From NCBI GenBank assembly GCA_022826945.1, contig JAJDTY010000080.1, positions 34,005 through 98,004 on the forward strand: 64,000 nt of DNA. Direction: 5' to 3'. Position 1 is the first letter of the stretch. Each line of letters opens with the position of its first letter. This stretch comes from Candidatus Binatia bacterium (lineage in GTDB: Bacteria; Desulfobacterota; Binatia; Bin18). The position numbers and the translations under genes are program-made. Under the pieces are notes generated by a model. The model had not been told where the DNA came from, did not search any database, and worked only from the letters and a program-made list of their open reading frames with translations. Of this stretch, positions 9,121 to 16,156 are shown in pieces.

Positions 9121-9486
9121 CTACAGCCGGGTATTCCACGTAGGTGCTTTCCCGTTCCTGGGACCACACCAGCGATACTTGTCCAGATTGACCTTACCGT
9201 TGCGGTTGAACGCCACCCCTTCTTCCTCCAGCAGCCAGCGTTGTTCTTCGGCGCGCAAAACATCGCCCCGCAGACTGATGCCGCCCGAGGCGTTAATCAC
9301 CCGTTGCCATGGGACTTTTTTCGTTAAAGGGCGCGGTAGGTGTCGAAGGGCCGTGCCGACCGCCCGCGCGGCCCGGGGTGCGCCAAGCAGGGCTGCCACC
9401 TGCCCATAGGTTACCACTTTTCCGCGTGGCACCTGTGCGACCAAACGATAGACATGGGCAAAAAAGCGCGGCGGTCGGTCAGGCAT
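9121..9486 (-). CDS. Alkyltransferase-like (ATL) protein; MGMT DNA-binding domain with Trp in place of the active Cys
   Basis: 'VPWQRVIN' occupies the position of the canonical 'PCHRV' motif. The helix-turn-helix region 'TYGQVAALLGAPRAARAVG' is conserved. Confidence 0.8.
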   Translation of the reverse strand: MPDRPPRFFAHVYRLVAQVPRGKVVTYGQVAALLGAPRAARAVGTALRHLPRPLTKKVPWQRVINASGGISLRGDVLRAEEQRWLLEEEGVAFNRNGKVNLDKYRWCGPRNGKAPTWNTRL

Positions 9487-9507
9487 GGAAAACGGGTTTC
9501 CCCTCTC

Positions 9508-9927
9508 TTACGAGGCAAGCACCCCAAGCTGCTTGAACAGCCCAAACACGTCCCACGACAGCCAGACTTCTTCAATCTTCTCGTCCGCCAGGCGATACAC
9601 TGCCACACCCGCGACCACGACTTCCCTACCCGTTGGCGCAACACCCATGAAGTTGCCGTCGTGCGTGCCGTGGAAGGTCCAGCGGGCAACCACTTTTTCG
9701 CCTTGCGAGACAAAATCCTCTATCGTGAAATGGACGTTTGGAAATCCCCTGCGCACCGAAGAGACGATCTGTTTGACATCGTCCGGCCCGCCGCCAAGAT
9801 CATAGCCGGCCGGATAGTGACTGACATAGGTCGGAGAAATGAGTTCATCAATGGTCTCCATTTTGCCCTGATTGAGACAGTCTTCAAAATAGCGACGAAC
9901 AATGGCTTTATTTTTTGCAATAGACAT
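9508..9927 (-). CDS. SnoaL-like ester cyclase family protein
   Basis: MSIAKNKAIVRRYFEDCLNQGKMETIDELISPTYVSH...ARWTFHGTHDGNFMGVAPTGREV is typical of the NTF2-like ester cyclase family. Confidence 0.75.
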   Translation of the reverse strand: MSIAKNKAIVRRYFEDCLNQGKMETIDELISPTYVSHYPAGYDLGGGPDDVKQIVSSVRRGFPNVHFTIEDFVSQGEKVVARWTFHGTHDGNFMGVAPTGREVVVAGVAVYRLADEKIEEVWLSWDVFGLFKQLGVLAS

Positions 9928-9963
9928 GAGTGTGCTTCCGATTACGTGTTGTGGGTCTCGTGC

Positions 9964-10815
9964 TTATACATCCTGCTGTTCGGGTGAAGGTGATGAGGCG
10001 TCCTGCCGTCTGCGGCGCTCGGTCCGCTGGACACCGGGTACGAGCTTGGACACGGTTGTTGCGCCCTGCCAGTCACCCTGAACGTCTGCGGCAATAACGG
10101 TGACCCGAACCATTTCACTGACACCCTGAGGATTCGGGAGGAGATTCGCCTCCAAGCGACCGTCCCTGGGTAGCAGGGCATCGACATCCGGCGGAGGGAG
10201 AACGCCGGGGTCTTCGGGATAGTTGCCAATGGCCACGCGGTAACGGGTCTGGGGTTGCTGTTGCACAACGACGGCCACCGGGTAGTCCAGGCCGGTCGGC
10301 AGCCGGTCCGGCACCTCAATCGTCACATTCGGTGAAGACTCGCCAAATCGCCCCTCCCGATAGGTAGCCAGGCGTTTGTCGGTGTAGATTTGCCACTGCC
10401 CCGCGTCCTTCCGTAGGAGATGGGACAAAATATCGGTAATGACCACCTCACCGGCTCCGATATTGCGGAAACGGTCGGTATAACGCAGGCGCATAGAGGT
10501 CGTGATTGTCGCGCGCATATCGTCCGCCTCCGTCACATCGATCTTCTCAACGCTCAGCGACACCTTGCTCTGCCGTAGCCGCGTCAGCACCTCGCCCACA
10601 CCGCGCTTTGATCGCCCGGTGCCGCTGATGAAATCATCCGCATAGACGGCCAGCACCTGTTCCGGATCAAAAGCTTCCAGCCCGTCAGCGAGTTGCTCCA
10701 GGGTCTGTCGCAGGTCGGATGGAACCGATGGATCAGCGGAGTCGTCCGGGTATTCGCAGGCCGCCCCCATATACAGAGAAAGCAGCACCGCGGGAACGAG
10801 ACGCAAGGCGTTCAT
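9964..10815 (-). CDS. Hypothetical lipoprotein with an NTF2-like (DUF4440-like) N-terminal domain
   Basis: Lipobox 'LYMGAAC' in MNALRLVPAVLLSLYMGAACEY. Start moved to this Met. Confidence 0.55.
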   Translation of the reverse strand: MNALRLVPAVLLSLYMGAACEYPDDSADPSVPSDLRQTLEQLADGLEAFDPEQVLAVYADDFISGTGRSKRGVGEVLTRLRQSKVSLSVEKIDVTEADDMRATITTSMRLRYTDRFRNIGAGEVVITDILSHLLRKDAGQWQIYTDKRLATYREGRFGESSPNVTIEVPDRLPTGLDYPVAVVVQQQPQTRYRVAIGNYPEDPGVLPPPDVDALLPRDGRLEANLLPNPQGVSEMVRVTVIAADVQGDWQGATTVSKLVPGVQRTERRRRQDASSPSPEQQDV

Positions 10816-10877
10816 ATCTGAGGCTGTACAGAAAAGCGCGCCTCTCGACAAGCCTGGGAGCGACTCTGGCCACAAAC

Positions 10878-11882
10878 TCAGCCCAAGCGCGGCTCGACCG
10901 CTTGGTGTAACGGCTGGAGGTCCGGTCGGCAGACGCCACAGGGCGCATAACCAATGGCTTCCGCTCGGGGACGTGAGGCGATGAATATACGATTCCCCGC
11001 CCGAGTACCCTTTGAAGCCTCACAGCTCGGTCGGCAAAATATCTGTTCCGTTTGCCGACCGACATAGAGCTGATCCTGGGCAATGGCAAAACCTGAGCGT
11101 GACGGAACAGTCGGTATGCCTTCAACCGTAAGAATATCCCGCTTGAGCGCGACTTTATTGCCGGCATAGCCGGTGAGGCTGCCATTACTGCCAACAATGC
11201 GGTGACAGGGAATCCGAATCGGCAGCGGATTGTAACGCAGGGCCTGCGCGACCGCCCGGACGGCTGTGGGCCGACCGATTCTCTCAGCCAGCCCTCCATA
11301 CGTTGTCAGGCTGCCATAAGGAATCTCACTCGCCGCCCGTAGGACCTGACGCTGAAAATCGCTCCGCATGAGGGCATCATCAATCACCCAATCAAGCGCT
11401 TGGCGCGAGCCGCTCAAGTATGCTTCAAGTTTCCAGGTCAGCGCCGCGATAGTGCCGCCATGACCTTGAGAGTGCTCAACCGCAAATTTTTCTCCGAACT
11501 CCTTTGCACTACCCCTGGGGTCGTCAGGAGAAACGAACTCAACCAGCGCCACTCCCTTATCCGTTGTGCCAATCCGCAGCGGCCCGATAGGTGAATCCCA
11601 GATGCTCAGGACGAGGCGCGGACGAGCGTCCGCAGTCAAGCGGGTCAACTGTCTGTCGAGTGCGCGTCGAGCTGAGGCGAGTCCGGTCTCCGGGGCGGGT
11701 AAAGAACCAAGCTGAAAGCGGATCTGTTTGTAGTGTTCCAAGAGCTGACCACAGTCGGGACAGGTGGTCAGGTGACGCTGGACTTTCTGCCGTATAAGCT
11801 GCGGATTTTCTCCGAGCGCTTCGGCGATAATATCGTCTTCCGCAAAGCCACATGCGAGCGTGTTACGCTTTTTGGTTGGCAT
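10878..11882 (-). CDS. Fusion protein: ZAS-type anti-sigma zinc finger + O6-alkylguanine-DNA alkyltransferase (Ogt) + Ada-type Cys4 methyl-acceptor zinc domain
   Basis: aa 37-44 'HLTTCPDC' (HxxxCxxC). aa 85-262 MGMT with 'IPCHRIVGSNGSLTGYAG' (Cys226 codon at 11205-11207). aa 283-318 'CRPSC...(27)...CGVCRP' fits the Ada_Zn_binding pattern. No TM helix. Overlaps the sigma gene by 20 nt. Confidence 0.8.
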   Translation of the reverse strand: MPTKKRNTLACGFAEDDIIAEALGENPQLIRQKVQRHLTTCPDCGQLLEHYKQIRFQLGSLPAPETGLASARRALDRQLTRLTADARPRLVLSIWDSPIGPLRIGTTDKGVALVEFVSPDDPRGSAKEFGEKFAVEHSQGHGGTIAALTWKLEAYLSGSRQALDWVIDDALMRSDFQRQVLRAASEIPYGSLTTYGGLAERIGRPTAVRAVAQALRYNPLPIRIPCHRIVGSNGSLTGYAGNKVALKRDILTVEGIPTVPSRSGFAIAQDQLYVGRQTEQIFCRPSCEASKGTRAGNRIFIASRPRAEAIGYAPCGVCRPDLQPLHQAVEPRLG

Positions 11883-12426
11883 GGCACCTCCTCTCTTCTC
11901 CTGTCGCGGTCTGTTGCCAGCAGGCGCGTAGCTTCTTCAGGGCTTGATACACATGCGCCCGGGCGCTGTCTTCAGAGCAGTCCAGGTTCTCGGCAATCTC
12001 CCGATAGGCGAGCCCTTCAAGCTGCCGCTGTATCAATGCTGTACGCTGTCGGAAGGGTAAGGCACTAATCGCGTTCAGGAGGAGTTGGGCTGTCTCTTGC
12101 GAGTGAAACGTCTGTTCTGGCGTTGTCGGATGAACTTTTGAGGAAGGTATGGGACCGTCCGCGACAAATACTTTTCGATAACGCTGGCGGCCACGGATAT
12201 AATTTCTTACGAGATTTGTTGCGATCCGAAAGAGCCAGGCCCGGTGGTTCGCATCAGTTGGCAGGTCGCCGTAGGCGCGATAGGCACGGAGGAAGGTCTC
12301 CTGAAACAACTCCTGCGCGTCGTCGTTGTTGCCCGTACAGCGGACGAGATAGCGATAGACGGCGCGCTGATGGAGATCGACGATCTCCTCAAATGCGCTC
12401 GCCGTGTTGCCGGATTGTTCTGTCAC
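11863..12426 (-). CDS. ECF-type RNA polymerase sigma-70 family factor
   Basis: Region 2 'HQRAVYRYLVRCTGNNDDAQELFQETFLRAYRAY'. Region 4 'LPFRQRTALIQRQLEGLAYREIAENLDCSEDSARAHVYQALKKLR'. GTG start. Confidence 0.85.
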   Translation of the reverse strand: MTEQSGNTASAFEEIVDLHQRAVYRYLVRCTGNNDDAQELFQETFLRAYRAYGDLPTDANHRAWLFRIATNLVRNYIRGRQRYRKVFVADGPIPSSKVHPTTPEQTFHSQETAQLLLNAISALPFRQRTALIQRQLEGLAYREIAENLDCSEDSARAHVYQALKKLRACWQQTATGEERRCHANQKA

Positions 12427-12703
12427 AGGTGCTATTCCAATGTCGTAGAGCAGGCTTTCTATAACATTCTTCCGCTTGAAGAAGTCAGACCCAGAATCCT
12501 GCTGGCAGGGGGGCGAGAGTCCCGAGAAAGCAAGTCAGTGAAAACCACGCAATGAGCAACGAGCGACATGTAGACATAAACACCAACCTCCCTATTCTTT
12601 TACGTTCTCTATAGAAGACACCGGAAGGTGCTCGATGTGAAAAGAATGAGTGCCTGAAAACCGTTGTTGCCGGAGAGTAGAACCTTTAACCGACAGCATG
12701 CCG

Positions 12704-12745
12704 GATGCTTAGGACGAGGCGCGGCCGAGCGGCCTCAGGCAAAGG
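12704..12745. repeat. Relic copy (35/42 identical) of a segment of the Ogt-fusion gene (11601..11642)
   Basis: gatgcttaggacgaggcgcggccgagcggcctcaggcaaagg vs gatgctcaggacgaggcgcggacgagcgtccgcagtcaagcg. On the minus strand it would read LPEAARPRLVLSIRH, against LTADARPRLVLSIWD in the intact gene. Confidence 0.7.
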
Positions 12746-12912
12746 GGCGAGGGTATAGGGCCTTTGGATTAGCATAGCTTCCTATTCATCTCTCATCGTA
12801 GTCTGTCACCGAAGAGTATATAACTGCAGTATTTACATATCATCTGTGTGCATTATATAAATTCATCTAGCCGGCATTCGGAGTGATGTATCTGATAGGG
12901 AAGGAGACCCAC

Positions 12913-13569
12913 ATGGCCACAGGAATAGACATTCAATGGGAACGGAAAGATGGAGTTTTGGTTGCAGCGATCATTGGGCGTGTCGACGGCGGCAACGCCG
13001 ATGAATTTCAGCGCCTCTTGGAAACCGGCATTGAGCCGGGCGACAATGCCTTGATCCTGGACCTTGAACAACTGGCCTTCATTAGCAGTGCAGGTCTGCG
13101 GGTCGGTCTGATTATTGCCAGGAAATTCAACGAGCCGGGTAAGCGGTTTGGCGTTTGTACGCTCCCCACTCATGTTCGTGGGGTGATCACCGTCAGCGGC
13201 TTTGACCAGATGATTGCCGTGTATGAATCACGGGCCGCCGCACTCAGCGCAATCGCAGGGAGTCCTAGCAGTGATGGCGACGACCAAGAGCCAAAAACAG
13301 AAGAAAAAATGGCAACCATGAGAGGCGTCGTCGATTATGACATCGTGGGGAGTAACGTACAGGAGATTGCCGATTTTACCATCGAGAAATATGAATTCCG
13401 AAACAACACGACCCTCTCCGCCGAGATACGTGAGGAAGGGATCGCCCAAATCAAGGATGTGTTGTGGAAGCGGATTGAGCTCTTGAGACAGCGGCGCGAG
13501 CAGCTTCGGAAATCCATGTTCGACGCAGCGGAAGAGGCGCTTGCTGAATTTGTCGATAAGAAGTCGTGA
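12913..13569 (+). CDS. STAS-domain protein (anti-sigma-antagonist fold) with ~105-aa C-terminal extension
   Basis: 'ILDLEQLAFISSAGLRVGLIIARKF...GVITVSGFDQMIAVYESRAAAL' is a STAS core. Start at the ATG at 12913 after GGGAAGGAG. The acidic linker and helical tail have no family I recognise. Confidence 0.75.
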   Translation: MATGIDIQWERKDGVLVAAIIGRVDGGNADEFQRLLETGIEPGDNALILDLEQLAFISSAGLRVGLIIARKFNEPGKRFGVCTLPTHVRGVITVSGFDQMIAVYESRAAALSAIAGSPSSDGDDQEPKTEEKMATMRGVVDYDIVGSNVQEIADFTIEKYEFRNNTTLSAEIREEGIAQIKDVLWKRIELLRQRREQLRKSMFDAAEEALAEFVDKKS

Positions 13570-13580
13570 GGACAGCCAAC

Positions 13581-16080
13581 ATGGCTGACCCGTCCGTTGC
13601 TGACAGAAGGGTTGCGCCGCTCGTGGGAGCGCTGCCGCCGCACTGTCAGCAGGATGTCAATACCCTACGGAGATTCATTCATGCGACCGTCAGCCAGGAG
13701 TCGCCGGCCGAAGCCGTCCCTCCGACTGCCTTTCAAGAGGTCTTGCTGACCGGGGCGACCGGATTTGTCGGTCGCTTTTTCCTGCGTGACCTGCTGCGGC
13801 AGAAGGGCGGCCTGGTGGTGCACTGCCTCGTCCGGGCCGAGACTGTCGAGCATGGGTTTGCGCGTGTGCGGGCCGCCCTGGAGCAGGCAGACCTTTGGGA
13901 TGAGGCATTCACACCGCGCATCCGCATAGTGGTCGGTGATATCGGTCAGGCTCGATTCGGCCTCAGCGAAGCGGAGTTCGACGACCTCTGTCAGCGGATC
14001 GATGCCATCTATCATCTTGCCGCCGATCTGGCCCTGGCTTCGTCCTATCTCGCCATACGTAAGATCAACACGCTCAGTATGCAGAGTGTGTTCGAGCTGT
14101 GTTTGCGCGTCCGCTATAAGTATGTGTTCTACGCTTCGTCTATGGGTGTCTTCCCCCAGTATTTTTGCAGCTTCGCCAATGAGTTCAGCCAGAGCCGCAT
14201 TGACCATCAGATGCAGCCGGACCTCACCAGCATGAAAAAGATGTTCCCCCTCGGAGTCCTCGGCTATCCGTGGAGCAAGCTGGTGGTTGAGCAGAGTTTG
14301 TTGTTCGCGCACATGGCCGGTCTGCCTATGGCGATTTTCCGGCTGCCGCAAACCAGTCTGTCCAGTACGGGATTTCCTCAGGTGGACAATATCTCCATGC
14401 GTCTCTTTTCGGCAATGGTCGATGTTGAAATGGTGCTACAGGGTGTATCACTTCAGAGATACAACGAGCCGGTCGATACGCTGAGTCAGATATGCACGGC
14501 CATTTCGCTCAACCCGCGGCGACGGTTCACGATCTACCACTGCTGCGACCCGCGGCCAGCTCGTTGCGACCTCGAATTCGCCGATTTCGGCAACTATTTT
14601 CGTGAGGTTCCCTACGGGGTGTTCAAGCAGGCATGTCAGGCCCGTGGCGAGAACTCACCGCTGCATGGATACTGGGCCTTGCTTGATCATTTTGCGCCCT
14701 ATTGGTTCAGCGACCGTAGGGCAAGCGCCACCCTGCCCATCTGCGACCGTACTCTGCGTGAAGATTGTCCGCGTCCAATCAAATGGCCGGGCCTGTTGAC
14801 CAAGTATGCACGTGCCAACGATTGGGTGCAGCGTCATCGGCAACAGTGGCCGTATGCTGTCCGGCACGGTCGTGTGGACGCTGACTGTCTGCTCGCCCGA
14901 GCCAAGCACTATGCCGAGCGTATGAGTGTGCCCTTTGAACGGGCCTATCCCGAGTGGATACACCGCAGCCTGCATCGCTTGGTACAGGCGCTGAATGCGC
15001 CAGAGGCTCGGCTGCTGGAGGCGAAGCGGAGTTCCGTCGCCTACGGTTTGAGCCATCTCTTGGAGATGAATGCTGCGCTCACTCGTGAACGGCAGCAGCT
15101 CCCGGAGATCGAACGCGAGGAGATTGCTCGACCGGTTTTCATTGTCGGCATCAACCGGACTGGTACGACCCTGCTGCACCGCCTGTTGGCTCGGGACAAG
15201 CGCTGCTGGACGCTGCGAAGCTACGAGTTGCTTGAGCCGGTCCTGCCGACGGGCGAGTCTGCCACGTTAGCCGGTACACCGGCTGACCCGCGCCGGGCCT
15301 ACCTCGAAGATATGCTTGCCGCCTCAAAAATGGAGGAAGTCTTCAAGGGCATCCACCACGTTGATATCGACGAGCCGGAGGAGGATATCCAGCTTTTGCG
15401 ATTATCCTTCTCGTCCTGGGCTTCTACGGTTCAATACTACGTGCCGGATTTCGGTCAGTGGCTGGCAGCGACCAGTTCCCGGGATGCCTATGCCCACCAC
15501 CGTCGCACTCTACAGCATTTTACCTATCAACGCCGGCAGCGCGAGTCGCAGGGCCAGTGGGTCTTGAAGATGCCTTTTCATCTCATGGAGTTGGAGACCG
15601 TGATTGAGACCTATCCGGACGCCCTGTTCATTCAGACCCATCGAGACCCCACGCGGTTCATGGGCTCCTGGAACAGCCTGGTGGAACGGGTGCGCTCTCT
15701 GTCCAGTGAACCGCCCGCGCCACGACCTCGGCGCCGAACAACTAGCCTTCATGAGCGACATGCTTGATCGGGCAGTGCGCTTTCGCAGGACCCATCCCGA
15801 ACTGGAACACCGCTGGGTCGATGTGAACTATGCCGATCTGGTCGAGGAGCCGCTGGCCGTTGTCCGCACCATCTATGAGCGGTTCAATTGGCCGCTTGAG
15901 CGGGCGGCCATCAACGCTATGGATGACTGGTTGTTCCGGCAGGAAGAACAGCGACAACAGGAGGAGCGGCATCGCTACACCCTTGAGAAGTATGGTCTCA
16001 CGCCGGAGGCGGTCAATACTGCCTTTGCTCAGTACCGGGACTTTATCGCCACCCATGGGATTCGAGGGTTTCGTCTCTGA
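13581..16080 (+). CDS. Thioester-reductase (NAD_binding_4) / sulfotransferase fusion, interrupted by a +1 frame change near 15700-15720 (ORFs 13581..15767 and 15718..16080)
   Basis: R domain: 'LLTGATGFVGRFFLRDLL' and catalytic 'GYPWSK' (YxxxK). ST domain: PAPS 5'-phosphosulfate loop 'INRTGTTLLHRLL', 'WVLKMPFH', 'THRDP'. The ST C-terminus (LGAEQLAFMSDMLDRA...WVDVNYADLVEEPLAVVRTIYERFNWPL...HRYTLEKYGL) continues in the +1 frame. Confidence 0.8.
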
Positions 16081-16156
16081 TGCGGAGTGACGCACTGGCA
16101 AGGGAATCCGTGCGTAGCGAAATGTGATGCCGGGTGTTCCAGCAAAAGGGGAAAAA

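Noticed and set aside
12427-12520. Autoregulated ECF promoter (GGAAC-N16/17-CGT type) upstream of the sigma gene.
   Set aside because: Only a weak candidate was seen ('GGAAGA'-N17-'CTCTAC' on the minus strand), which is not convincing enough to annotate without a transcription start site.
15375-15405. A 12-mer 'gcaaaagctgga' (reverse complement of 15389-15400, inside the sulfotransferase domain) is identical to the loop of palindromic element X.
   Set aside because: It has the opposite orientation, no arms and no flanking similarity, and it encodes a normal-looking part of the ST domain (EEDIQLLRLSF). It is most likely a chance match, though a scan with a proper model should include it.
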